Of a DNA stretch of 64,000 nt, positions 17,722 through 26,750 are shown piece by piece. The notes beneath the pieces are model-generated. The model was not told the DNA's origin. It saw nothing but the letters and a program-made list of their open reading frames with translations, and made no database searches. The DNA is taken from positions 150,506 through 214,505 of the forward strand of contig JAGORR010000001.1 in the NCBI GenBank assembly GCA_018062765.1. Reading direction: 5' to 3'. Positions within the stretch are counted from its first letter, which is position 1; each line of letters opens with the position of its first letter. The stretch comes from Minisyncoccota bacterium. Lineage in GTDB: Bacteria > Patescibacteriota > Minisyncoccia > Phycocordibacterales > Phycocordibacteraceae. The translations under genes were made by a program, and so were the position numbers.

Positions 17722-18627
17722 TTAGTCAGGTGCAAGAAGCTCTGCAAGGAGTGCCATGCGTACCGGTGTGCCGTTTCGTGCCTGGGTAAAGTACCGAGCG
17801 CGCGGGTTGGTATCAACGGACGCATGAAGCTCAGACGTCCGTGGAAGGGGGTGCATGACGATGCTGTTTTCAGGAAGCAGCTCAGCATCCCGGGCAGTGA
17901 AGGTGGGTAGCTCTCCCTCCTTTTCTGTCGAATGTCGCTCCTTCTGGAAGCGTGTCAGATAGACGATGTGCGGGCCTCCGCTTGCGGAATCGCTGACGAG
18001 TCCAGGCGAAAGTGAAGTGAGGAATGCATCGCCGGGCTTTGCGCAGTCGGCTGTGCCGTCAAACCGGACGGACTCTATGCCAAGACCAACGCGCGCTGCG
18101 TATCGGTCAAGCATACGTGCGAGGGAGTGCACGGTGCGGCTCATTCGATTATCACCGCGAAACGAAACGACCAATCCCCGGGAAGGAATTAGCCCCTTTT
18201 TCGCCGCTTCCCAGATAGTGAACAGATCCAGTAGCGCTTGGGTCGGATGCTCATTATCACCGTCACCGGCGTTAATGAGCGGGACGTCAGAGACATCGGC
18301 TGCGCGCCTTGCGGACCCCGCGTCAGGGTGGCGCAGTGCGATGACATTCGCGTACCCTGAGATGACGCGTATCGAATCCTCAAGACTCTCGCCCTTGATA
18401 GCGGACGAGAATATACCAGCCTGCTCGCTCCCGATGACGCTCCCGCCGAGACGGATCATCGCGCTTTCAAAGGAGAGGCGAGTTCGCGTCGACGGCTCAT
18501 AGAAGATCGTTGCAAGAATCTTCCGCGGGAAGGATGCAGCGGTTCGCTGCTTGTACCCAAGCACACGGAAGAATAGCCGGTCTAGATCAAGTACATCGAA
18601 GTCGTCTATGGTGACGATATGACGCAT
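17722..18627 (-). CDS. pyrB: aspartate carbamoyltransferase catalytic subunit
   Basis: STRTR, HPTQ and HPLP motifs; 301 aa; AAGG-type SD upstream. Confidence 0.88.
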   Translation of the reverse strand: MRHIVTIDDFDVLDLDRLFFRVLGYKQRTAASFPRKILATIFYEPSTRTRLSFESAMIRLGGSVIGSEQAGIFSSAIKGESLEDSIRVISGYANVIALRHPDAGSARRAADVSDVPLINAGDGDNEHPTQALLDLFTIWEAAKKGLIPSRGLVVSFRGDNRMSRTVHSLARMLDRYAARVGLGIESVRFDGTADCAKPGDAFLTSLSPGLVSDSASGGPHIVYLTRFQKERHSTEKEGELPTFTARDAELLPENSIVMHPLPRTSELHASVDTNPRARYFTQARNGTPVRMALLAELLAPD

Positions 18628-18689
18628 AGTCAGTCCTTTCTAAGGTTCACGTATCTTGCGGCACTCTAGCAGAGCCTCTGTAAAAGAGT

Positions 18690-18713
18690 AGCCCCGGCGC
18701 ATGCGCCGGGGCT
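18690..18713 (-). terminator. hairpin AGCCCCGGCGC-ATG-CGCCGGGGCT between pyrC and pyrB (core repeated at 55713)
   Basis: palindromic; on the minus strand followed by CTCTTTTAC. Confidence 0.6.
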
Positions 18714-18719
18714 TTGTCG

Positions 18720-19817
18720 TTAGGAGGCGATTTGGTACCACAGCTCGTTCACGAACCCGGCTCGTGGGTCCGCGAATGCGATGACCTCGTCGTCTCGCAC
18801 TTTGATCTCAAACGATGGCGTCCAGGATTTCCTGCGAAGCTCCACCATCCTCGCTGACGGGTTGACTCCGTAGAAGAGCGGTCCGTAGACCGACATGAAG
18901 CCGCTGAACGCGAGAACGCCTTTCTCATCGTCGAGCGCGCCTTCTTCGGCGAACACCTGCGCATAGAGTGAAGTCATCGCTGGAGCCGTGAACGCGCCGA
19001 ACGCGCAACACGCCGCCTCCTTGTTCTTCTTAAGATGCGGCGCCGAATCGGTGCCAGCGAAGAAGCGGGAAGACCCAGATGTCGCAGCGCGCCGGAGCGC
19101 GACGCGGTCGTTGTGCGTCTTTACTATAGGCATACACACGCCGTGCACTCGGGCACCGCCGCGGAACAGATCTGCTGCCGTGAGCATGAGATGCTGCGGT
19201 GTGATTGTTCCGGCGATCATCCCGGCGATGCCGTTCTCGACCGCTTCGACACCTTCCTTGGTAGAAAGATGCTCGAGCACGATCTTGAGTCCGGGATGAT
19301 CACGCTGCAGCTTCGGCAACTCTTCGAGCATGTAGATGCGCTCGCGGTCGTGCTGCGGGACCTCGATACCGTCCCACACGGTCACTTCGCCATGGATACA
19401 GAGCGGCATGCCGATCTGTTCCATCATGGTGAGTGTCCGGTGGACCTTCCGCATATCGGTGACGCCATCGGCGGAGTTGTGCGTCCCGCCGCGCGGGTAG
19501 GTCTTCACGGCGTATGCGAGGTGGCCGCCGTCGTACCGGTAGGCATGCATCACGACGTCGGGCCCCAGCTCATCCGTCAGGTAGAGGGTCGGGAGGAGCT
19601 GGAAATCCGGATTCACCGCGCGCGCTTCCGCGAGCACTTCTGACCGATACTCGGCAAGAGAGCGGAGCTTCGTGATAGGCGGCTTCAGATTCGGCATGGC
19701 GAGTGCGATATCGCACACCGCCGCGGTGTAGGGAACGACGACCTTCAGCATATCGCCGTCGCGGAAGTGCGCGTGCATATCTGCAGGGGCGCGTATGACG
19801 ACTGAATCAAGGGGCAT
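18720..19817 (-). CDS. pyrC: dihydroorotase (type II, E. coli PyrC-like)
   Basis: collinear similarity to E. coli PyrC (DMHAHFRDGDMLK..VPYT.., ITPQHL, GTDSAPH); GAAGGAG SD upstream. Confidence 0.9.
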   Translation of the reverse strand: MPLDSVVIRAPADMHAHFRDGDMLKVVVPYTAAVCDIALAMPNLKPPITKLRSLAEYRSEVLAEARAVNPDFQLLPTLYLTDELGPDVVMHAYRYDGGHLAYAVKTYPRGGTHNSADGVTDMRKVHRTLTMMEQIGMPLCIHGEVTVWDGIEVPQHDRERIYMLEELPKLQRDHPGLKIVLEHLSTKEGVEAVENGIAGMIAGTITPQHLMLTAADLFRGGARVHGVCMPIVKTHNDRVALRRAATSGSSRFFAGTDSAPHLKKNKEAACCAFGAFTAPAMTSLYAQVFAEEGALDDEKGVLAFSGFMSVYGPLFYGVNPSARMVELRRKSWTPSFEIKVRDDEVIAFADPRAGFVNELWYQIAS

Positions 19818-19904
19818 GGAATTCTCCTTCAGGTTTCCGGGGTCACCCTAGCACGGGCGAGCGTGGCGGTAAAAGGAAAGGGCGGCCCGTGGGGCCGCCC
19901 TCGT

Positions 19905-20825
19905 TTATGCATACTTCGCCGCGATCTTAGGGTACTCCGATACGAACTCTTGGAGGATGTCAGAGAAGATACGCGGATTCCTGGTGCGGTAGTTCTCGGT
20001 ACCGACCTGTGTGCCGTCGGCACCCGCCATCAGGTGCGTGACAAGCGATTCCGCATCGCGGATGCCGCCGACTCCGATGACGTCCATGGACTTGGGAAGC
20101 TGGCGTCGCGCCTGACGCACCTGGCCGGCTGCGATAGGAAGCATGTACATGCCGCTCACGCCGCCAAGACCATCGTTCGGGTCTATAGCGTCGCGCTTGT
20201 TCTTCCCATCGTACAGATAGCCATTCGGGAATGTGTTCGAGCAGACGACTTCTTGCACATAGTCCCTCGCCTGCACAATCGCCGCGAGGACTTCCTTGAG
20301 AAGTCCCGGGTCCGAGATGGGCGAGAGCTTCACCGCGAGGCGGAATTTTTCCGTCCCCGAGCGGATGGCGAGGATGCCGCGCACCACGCGCTTGGGGTCG
20401 AACGACCATATCGTTTGTTGCTTGCCACCCTCGATGTCGTTGGGGCAGCCGAAGTTCGCCTCGATAGTCGAGGCCCCGGCGCCGTATGCAGCGGAAGCCA
20501 GGATAGCGAGACCTTCCGGACTGTTTGATGCGATGCTGACGCGCAAGGTCTTGCCGCTACGCTTTGCGATCTCTGCGCATGCGTAGATTTCGCTGTTCAC
20601 GTAGCCGAGCCCGCGGTTTGGCATGCCGAGCGAATTGATACCGCCTGGGTCCTGATTACCGGGACCAAACCAGTGGTCGCGCCCGCCGTTCCCAGGACGA
20701 ACCTCGGTGGTGAATGAGCCAACCGTAATCTCGGTCAGCGCTTTCGAGAGCGCGAGCTTGCCGACGTCTTCGCGAGAACGAGCCGTTCCGGCGGCGTTCA
20801 TGAATCGCCACGGTTTCTTTGCCAT
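19905..20825 (-). CDS. pyrD: dihydroorotate dehydrogenase
   Basis: NSLGMPN, ANFGCPN, KLSP and GVGGI motifs; start chosen at the ATG at 20825, which has AGGAGG 5 nt upstream (the ORF-track start at 20849 is 8 codons longer). Confidence 0.88.
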   Translation of the reverse strand: MAKKPWRFMNAAGTARSREDVGKLALSKALTEITVGSFTTEVRPGNGGRDHWFGPGNQDPGGINSLGMPNRGLGYVNSEIYACAEIAKRSGKTLRVSIASNSPEGLAILASAAYGAGASTIEANFGCPNDIEGGKQQTIWSFDPKRVVRGILAIRSGTEKFRLAVKLSPISDPGLLKEVLAAIVQARDYVQEVVCSNTFPNGYLYDGKNKRDAIDPNDGLGGVSGMYMLPIAAGQVRQARRQLPKSMDVIGVGGIRDAESLVTHLMAGADGTQVGTENYRTRNPRIFSDILQEFVSEYPKIAAKYA

Positions 20826-20900
20826 AGAACCTCCTAGTACTTCGCCCATTAGGGACGAGCTTCCGGGCGCACTCTAGCAGACTCCTTATATATATGCGAA

Positions 20901-20925
20901 ACGCCGCCTGGTGTGCCAGGCGGCG
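20901..20925 (-). terminator. hairpin ACGCCGCCTGG-TGTG-CCAGGCGGCGT
   Basis: inverted repeat after the membrane-protein gene. Confidence 0.55.
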
Positions 20926-20931
20926 TTGAGA

Positions 20932-21282
20932 CTAGAGGAGCGAACCGTCACCCGCGGGTGGTTCGTTCTCGCTGTCGATGAGGTGGTAGAGCACCCCGGT
21001 CGAAAGCCAGAGCGCTGTCGCAATCCAGAACAAGGTCCACTGACCGAGTGTCAGGCCGGCGAAGATGCCGATAGCGACAAGCACGAACTCGATTGCGCCG
21101 ATGAAAACGAAGGCACGCGCGGTAGACCGGAATTCGTCGTCCTTCTCGACTGAAAGCGCCGAGAAAATCCATGTGCCCGCCGCAAAGGCGAGATAAGCGC
21201 TAAGCGCGACAAGCTCGATGACGTAGATGAGCACGCGTCCGACGAGCGAGCGGCGTCTGCCGCCGTAGGTTGCATCTGCCAT
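20932..21282 (-). CDS. hypothetical membrane protein (116 aa, 3-4 TM)
   Basis: hydrophobic segments; terminators on both sides. Confidence 0.45.
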   Translation of the reverse strand: MADATYGGRRRSLVGRVLIYVIELVALSAYLAFAAGTWIFSALSVEKDDEFRSTARAFVFIGAIEFVLVAIGIFAGLTLGQWTLFWIATALWLSTGVLYHLIDSENEPPAGDGSLL

Positions 21283-21377
21283 GATTACCTCCCAAAAGGT
21301 ACTCGACCCTTACAGGTTCTTCCTGGAAGATAGCACGAGTCCAAAAATAATGAAGCGTGGCGCGTTGAACACTCGAG

Positions 21378-21407
21378 AAAGCGCCTGTCCCTAGGGACAG
21401 GCGCTTT
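21378..21407. terminator. hairpin AAAGCGCCTGTCCC-TAG-GGACAGGCGCTTT
   Basis: perfect 14-bp inverted repeat with A/T flanks. Confidence 0.6.
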
Positions 21408-21558
21408 GTTTCTTCTCTTGCGTTTGCTTCTTGAGCAAGGCTTCGATGCGTCGCACCAGGCTTTCCATCGGTTCAGACGGATGATTGCTCTTCCGACTGA
21501 GCTCCTCGGCTCGCAGCGCGTATTTCTTCCAGAACTCCGGGCACTCATTCATAGGCAT
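21391..21558 (-). CDS. small hypothetical protein (55 aa) in a tRNA-flanking scar region
   Basis: ATG with AGGAG 5 nt upstream; shared 15-mer ATGCTATCCTTATAC further upstream. Confidence 0.35.
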   Translation of the reverse strand: MPMNECPEFWKKYALRAEELSRKSNHPSEPMESLVRRIEALLKKQTQEKKQSACP

Positions 21559-21589
21559 GACTCCTGCCCGCACTCGCCGTGTATAAGGA

Positions 21590-21860
21590 TAGCATCGGCG
21601 CGGCTTCGACATGTCGTCATGAATAATTCCTACTGCGGCTTGGACTTTGTCGTCACGCATAAATCTCTGCTGAGATTTTGCGCGACCCCGCCTCGCGCCG
21701 TCGCGCTCCGGCTTGGACATGTCGTTTGATACTTGTCGCCACGGTTTGCGGCTATATTCGTTCATTCTTCCGAATCTAGCTCGCAACCTCGGCCCCACCT
21801 CAGCGCTACGCGCTTCCGGTCTGGACAAACGAGAAGACCTGCGCCCCGCAGGCCTTCTCT
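21590..21860. repeat. four degenerate tandem copies of the tRNA 3'-end segment (GGCTTGGAC...) plus a CGCGACCCCGCCTCGCG hairpin motif
   Basis: GGCTTCGACATGTCG, GGCTTGGACTTTGTCG, GGCTTGGACATGTCG and GGTCTGGACAAACGAG resemble the tRNA CGCTTGGACTCGAACC; the 17-mer 21681-21697 recurs at 33693-33709. Confidence 0.55.
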
Positions 21861-21865
21861 GTTTG

Positions 21866-21939
21866 TCCACCCGCTTGGACTCGAACCAAGGACCGCGGAG
21901 GTATAAGCTCCGTGCTCTAACCAACTGAGCTACGGGTGG
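21866..21939 (-). tRNA. tRNA with anticodon UAU (Ile2-type, AUA-decoding), C1-G72, A73
   Basis: minus-strand cloverleaf CCACCCG-UA-GCUC-AGUUGGUUA-GAGC-A-CGGAG-CUUAUAC-CUCCG-CGGUC-CUUGG-UUCGAGU-CCAAG-CGGGUGG-A. Confidence 0.7.
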
Positions 21940-21963
21940 ATATAGGGAGACTGTAGCGCACTC

Positions 21964-24162
21964 TTATTCCGGATGCATCTCGGTCGCGGCGCGGTGGGCG
22001 AGGGCAGCTAATAAGGGATGCCGTTCTAGCCCGGGATCCTTCTCCACCATTACCCTCGCTTCCGTACGAGCCGCCTCGACCATGCGCATGTTCTTAAGGG
22101 CTTCCATGGCGACATCCGATACACCCCACTGGCGTGCGCCGTAGAGTTCTCCTGCGCCGCGGAGTCCGAGATCGTACTCAGCAAGTTCGAACCCGTCCTT
22201 AGCGGTAGTGAGCGCTTTTAGTCGGTCCTTGGTCGCTTGTCCGTACGTCTCGGGAAGCGCGAAGCAATAGGACTGATGCGTCGAGCGAATGACGCGGCCC
22301 CGGAGCTGATGGAGCTGCGCGAGTCCGAAGCGTTCCGCGCCTTCTATCAATATGACCGTCGAGTTAGGCACGTTCACCCCGACCTCAACCACAGAGGTCG
22401 CGACCAGGATGTCGATGTTCCCTCGGGCGTATGAATCCATCACTTCTTCTTTCTCTGTCGGCTTCATCTTGCTGTGGAGTATCCCTATGGAGGAAGAAGG
22501 GAACACTTCGCGTTTTAGTCGCTCTGCTTCCGCCTTCACAGACTTCGCCTGAAGGGCGAGTTCTTTAGCCGGATCCGGCTCGTCGATGCGCGGGCAGATG
22601 ACGTACGCCTGATGTCCTTTCGCGAGCTCCTCGCGCACACGCACGTACGCTTCTTCGCGGTTCTCCTTCGGCAAGGTCTTCGTAATGACGGGCTTACGGC
22701 CTGCCGGCATCTCGTCAAGTACGGAGAGGTCGAGATCGCCATATAACGTGAGTGCCAAGGTCCGGGGGATAGGTGTCGCCGTCATCGACAATAGATGCGG
22801 CGCGATCTTGTCTTTGCGGACCAACGACTGCCGATGGATTTTCCCGAAGCGATGCTGCTCGTCGATGATGGCGTACGCGAGATTCTCGAACTCCAAAGAT
22901 TTCGATATGAGCGCGTGCGTACCGATAACTATCGGTATCTCTCCATTGGCGACCCACTTCTTAAACTGTGCGCGCGAGACCTTGGTCGACTCCTCGCGGT
23001 TCACTTTTGACGGGAACTTGCGGCATTCGCTTCCCGTGATGAGGCCGATCGGTATCGGGTGTTCCTTGAAGTAGGAGACGAACGTAGAGAAATGCTGCTT
23101 CGCGAGAATCTCGGTGGGGCACATATACGCGACCTGCAGGTGTCCTGCCTCGCGCCTCTTTAATACTCCTGCGGCACCCGTACCCTCTATCGCGGGGCGC
23201 GATGTGGCGACAAGATACGCGGTCGCCGCCGCGACCGCGGTCTTTCCGCTTCCGACATCACCCTCTAGAAGCCGGGTCATCGGGTGCGGACGCGCGAAGT
23301 CTTCGAGTATCTCGTCTATGGCACGCTGCTGCGCGTTCGTAGGAGGGAAGGGGAAGGACGCGACGAAGTCGGCAAGGGGTCGCTGTGCGACGTCGACCGG
23401 GAGCGCTCGCTCCTTGCGCGTCTCCTCCTTCCGGAGGTTGACGCCAAGCTGTATGCCGAACACCTCCTCGAACGCGAAGCGCTTGCGAGCGATATCCGCA
23501 TCCTCTTTCTTCTGCGGAAGGTGTATCCAGACGAGCGCGGAGGAAACGGAGGGAAGGTGGTAGCGCTCGCGCAGGTCTTCCGGAAGCGGGTCCTCTACGC
23601 GCTCCAAGGCTCCCGCTTCGAGCGCACGGCGGACGGCGTGTGTAAACCACAGTGACGAGATGCCCTTGCTCTCGGGATATATCGGATGCAGCGTCGTCTC
23701 ATCCTCTGCATCTCCTTTAGCAAAGAGCGTGTCGTGAACCTCGTCCGGAGATATCGGCGTGCGGTCTATCGAGGGGTTCGCAAGATACGCTTTCGCGCCC
23801 GTTCCCGCGACGCGTCCGGTGACGCGTACGACCATCCCATCCGTAAGCGTCTTCGCGATGTAGGGCTGGGAGAACCACATCATCTTTATCTTCCCGGCGG
23901 CGTCATGGAGCCAGGCTTCTGCGACCGGACGCCGCGACTTCCATGTCTTACGCACGTCCGGCTTTCGAATGGTGCCAAATAGAGTGACTTCTGTACCTGG
24001 AGTAACAGAAACAGTCGTCCCGGTCGGTCCCGCCGCCTCATAGCGTGCAGGGAAGTGATAGAGAAGGTCGCGCACGGTACGAATACCGAGTTTCGTAAGT
24101 GCGCGTCTCTGGTCCGACCGTAGCCGGGTGAAATGCTTCTCTACGGGATCGCCAGGCTGCAT
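21964..24162 (-). CDS. recG: ATP-dependent DNA helicase RecG
   Basis: N-terminal LGIRTVRDLLYHFPARYE wedge region, DEAD/DEAH helicase motifs (GDVGSGKT, DEQHRFG); start set at the ATG at 24162 by alignment with E. coli RecG (the ORF-track start at 24234 is a GTG). Confidence 0.9.
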   Translation of the reverse strand: MQPGDPVEKHFTRLRSDQRRALTKLGIRTVRDLLYHFPARYEAAGPTGTTVSVTPGTEVTLFGTIRKPDVRKTWKSRRPVAEAWLHDAAGKIKMMWFSQPYIAKTLTDGMVVRVTGRVAGTGAKAYLANPSIDRTPISPDEVHDTLFAKGDAEDETTLHPIYPESKGISSLWFTHAVRRALEAGALERVEDPLPEDLRERYHLPSVSSALVWIHLPQKKEDADIARKRFAFEEVFGIQLGVNLRKEETRKERALPVDVAQRPLADFVASFPFPPTNAQQRAIDEILEDFARPHPMTRLLEGDVGSGKTAVAAATAYLVATSRPAIEGTGAAGVLKRREAGHLQVAYMCPTEILAKQHFSTFVSYFKEHPIPIGLITGSECRKFPSKVNREESTKVSRAQFKKWVANGEIPIVIGTHALISKSLEFENLAYAIIDEQHRFGKIHRQSLVRKDKIAPHLLSMTATPIPRTLALTLYGDLDLSVLDEMPAGRKPVITKTLPKENREEAYVRVREELAKGHQAYVICPRIDEPDPAKELALQAKSVKAEAERLKREVFPSSSIGILHSKMKPTEKEEVMDSYARGNIDILVATSVVEVGVNVPNSTVILIEGAERFGLAQLHQLRGRVIRSTHQSYCFALPETYGQATKDRLKALTTAKDGFELAEYDLGLRGAGELYGARQWGVSDVAMEALKNMRMVEAARTEARVMVEKDPGLERHPLLAALAHRAATEMHPE

Positions 24163-24285
24163 GCGGCCAGTATACCCAGCACCTTTCACCGCAGATAGGC
24201 GCGCTCGCTTTTCGCATAAGACTGGTATTCGCACTCATGGCCGACGGAGAATAAGGAAGAGGTGCTGGGTATATATAAAGAAGAC

Positions 24286-24310
24286 GGGCGGGAACCAGAG
24301 GTTCCCGCCC
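24286..24310 (-). terminator. hairpin GGGCGGGAACC-AGAG-GTTCCCGCCC after the RTX gene
   Basis: inverted repeat read directly. Confidence 0.55.
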
Positions 24311-24338
24311 GCGTGTTGTATGCGTCGAAGCGCAAGGT

Positions 24339-25319
24339 TCAGGCGAAGAGATAGTCAGCCGACGCCGACGCGATGTCGACGTGGAAGGCATCGGTCGTGA
24401 GCGCGAACTCGTCGGCGCTTGCGACCTTGCCTTTGCCGTCCTGCTCGTACATGTCGGAGGAGAACCAGTCCTGCTGATTGAGCCAGTCGACGGACTCGAT
24501 CTGGACTCCGCGCAGCACCAGGACATCGCGGTCGCCGGTGGCATCCGTGAGGATAAGCCTGTCGGAGTGACGCGGGTCGATCGCGACCTGGTCGGGCGTG
24601 TAGCCGAACAGATTGAACGTGTCGCCTTCTTCGGGATTGAACCCGATAATATGCGACACCCCATTCCTTTCGCCCATGTCAGCCCACATCGAGTACCCAT
24701 CGGCGCCGTCGCCACCGATGGCGACGACTCCGGCGCCGAAGTTGATGCCGTCATAGCCGGCGCCGCCTTCGACTCGCACGATGCCGGACAGGATGACGAA
24801 GGCGTCGTTGCCGTCACCGCCGAACATGCGCGCGGAGCTTCCTTCGAAGCGCAGGTAATCGTGACCCGCGCCGCCTTGCATGACGTCATTGATGCCAGAG
24901 CCGTAGAGCTCATCGTCGCCGTAGCCGCCATTCAGGCGGTTGGTGCCGTTGTTGCCTTGAAGCTCGTCGTCACCTGATCCGCCAAGGAGCGTGTCGTTGC
25001 CGTTGCCGCCGGAGACGAAATCGTCCTCGGAGCCGGCGTCGACGAGGTCGTTGCCGTTCCTGGCGAAAATCCAATCCTCGCCGAAGGAGCCGTAGACGAT
25101 GTCGTGCCCGGCGCCCATATAGATGTCGTCGTCGCCCGCGCCGGCCTTCACCGTGAAGGACATCGAGGTCGAGGAGCCGAGGTTGAGGTAATCGCCCTCG
25201 TGCGACAGCGTGATGAGGGCGCGAACGATAGCCTCCGTCACCGGCACCGCGATGGGGGCCGGCGAGGACACGGTCACAGGGGTCGACATCGTGTAGTTCG
25301 CGACAGAATAGCTGAACAT
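24339..25319 (-). CDS. RTX (hemolysin-type calcium-binding beta-roll) repeat protein
   Basis: tandem GGxGxDxUx nonapeptides (GGNGNDTLLGGSGDDELQGNNGTNRLNGGYGDDELYG...); GGAGAG SD upstream; no N-terminal signal peptide. Confidence 0.8.
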   Translation of the reverse strand: MFSYSVANYTMSTPVTVSSPAPIAVPVTEAIVRALITLSHEGDYLNLGSSTSMSFTVKAGAGDDDIYMGAGHDIVYGSFGEDWIFARNGNDLVDAGSEDDFVSGGNGNDTLLGGSGDDELQGNNGTNRLNGGYGDDELYGSGINDVMQGGAGHDYLRFEGSSARMFGGDGNDAFVILSGIVRVEGGAGYDGINFGAGVVAIGGDGADGYSMWADMGERNGVSHIIGFNPEEGDTFNLFGYTPDQVAIDPRHSDRLILTDATGDRDVLVLRGVQIESVDWLNQQDWFSSDMYEQDGKGKVASADEFALTTDAFHVDIASASADYLFA

Positions 25320-25524
25320 CTATCTCTCCAATCTGAATGAGAACAATAGCCCGTACGTCCCTCGTGGGGAGGGTACATTGGCTCGTATAAGGATAGCATA
25401 TAATTTACATACTGTCAATATAGTGCTGAAACACGCCACCCCTTACTTATTCCTTCATCCAACGCCCCGCATAGTGTTGTCATGAACAGAAGCTTTCGTC
25501 GTCACCTCTAGTACACTGGTACTT

Positions 25525-26703
25525 ATGAAAAAGATCATCACGCTTCTCGCCGCAATCGCATTCACGTTCGTTGGGTCGCTTCCGGTTGCGGCTGCGTCCG
25601 CCAAGAGTCAGGTGCCGGAGGCGATTTCCGCGAGCGAGCTTCAGGCGAAGTACGCGGCCGCTCTCACTTCGGGAGAGAAGGTACGCATCCTCATCGTTCC
25701 AGGACACGAGCCGACACTCGGCGGAACGGAGTACGAAGGATTCTATGAGCGCGAGATGGTCCTCGAGATCGCGGAGAAGCTCGCCGGTAGCCTCTCTGCG
25801 AACCCTCGGTTCGAGGTATTCACGACGCGCACGATTAGCGGTTGGAATCCGGAGTTCGCGAGTTATTTCAAGAAAGGGGAAAGGAAGACTAAGAAATTCG
25901 TCGCTGATCAAAAGAAGCTTTTCGAGAAGAAGGTGAAGAAGGGCGACATAGAGGAGCGGACAGAGGAAGTGCCGCATGCGACCGCCCGTAACGACATCGC
26001 GCTCCGCCTGTACGGCGTCAACCGATGGGCGAATGAAAACGGCATCGATCTTCTCATCCATCTCCATATCAACGACACCGGCGGCGGGGAAGCGCTCCGC
26101 AACAGTACCTCTGGATTCGCGATATACGTGCCTGACGCAGGATACGGGAACGGCGAAGCATCGCGCGAAGTCGCAGAGCCTATATTCGCGCGACTCGGCG
26201 CGATAGCGGCAACGTCGACGCTCCCGATCGAAAACCAAGGAATAGTCGAGGATCAATCACTGATCGCGATAGGCGCATATGATTCGTTGGCGGCGCCATC
26301 GGTTCTCATCGAATACGGATACATCACGGAGCCTAAGTTCCTCCACATCGAGACACGACGCACGGTGTCTACCGATCTCGCGTACCAGACGTATCGCGGT
26401 GTGCAGGATTTCTTCAAGCAACCCGCTCCGGTAACGCACCCGAGCCTGGTGCTTCCGTATGCATGGGTGGAAGGGAAGCACGCTGAAGGAGCGTCTGTGC
26501 AGACCTATGCGCTCCAGGTCGCGCTCCGTTCGCTCGGCTTCTACCCGATTTCCGGAAAGACGCTTACGGAGTGTCCGATTTCCGGTATTTGGGACGAATG
26601 CACGACGAGCGCGCTCAAAGCCTTCCAGGCCTCGCGGACTCTCACGCAGACAGGAGAGATAGGTCCTGCGACGAAAGCCGCTCTTACTCAGGCAGGCGTA
26701 TAG
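25525..26703 (+). CDS. N-acetylmuramoyl-L-alanine amidase (Amidase_3) with C-terminal peptidoglycan-binding domain; signal peptide
   Basis: N-terminal MKKIITLLAAIAFTFVGSLPVAAASA; ILIVPGHEP..E.E and LIHLHINDTGG amidase motifs; C-terminal ALQVALRSLGFYP...ALKAFQ is a PG_binding_1-like domain. Confidence 0.82.
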   Translation: MKKIITLLAAIAFTFVGSLPVAAASAKSQVPEAISASELQAKYAAALTSGEKVRILIVPGHEPTLGGTEYEGFYEREMVLEIAEKLAGSLSANPRFEVFTTRTISGWNPEFASYFKKGERKTKKFVADQKKLFEKKVKKGDIEERTEEVPHATARNDIALRLYGVNRWANENGIDLLIHLHINDTGGGEALRNSTSGFAIYVPDAGYGNGEASREVAEPIFARLGAIAATSTLPIENQGIVEDQSLIAIGAYDSLAAPSVLIEYGYITEPKFLHIETRRTVSTDLAYQTYRGVQDFFKQPAPVTHPSLVLPYAWVEGKHAEGASVQTYALQVALRSLGFYPISGKTLTECPISGIWDECTTSALKAFQASRTLTQTGEIGPATKAALTQAGV

Positions 26704-26750
26704 TGTCGCGTATATAGTAGCTATTTCGTCCGCTCGAGCGGTCCTTAGCG

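Noticed and set aside
21285-21548. ORF 21285..21548 (-, 87 aa) and 21406..21729 (+)
   Set aside because: They cross the bidirectional terminator at 21378-21407 and have Arg-rich junk translations; only the 55-aa ORF 21391..21558 has an SD
24038-24977. Alternative ORFs 24038..24931 (-) and 24381..24977 (+) overlapping the RTX gene
   Set aside because: Only the 24339..25319 (-) frame shows the GGxGxDxUx nonapeptide periodicity, an SD and a downstream terminator; the others are GC-driven shadow ORFs
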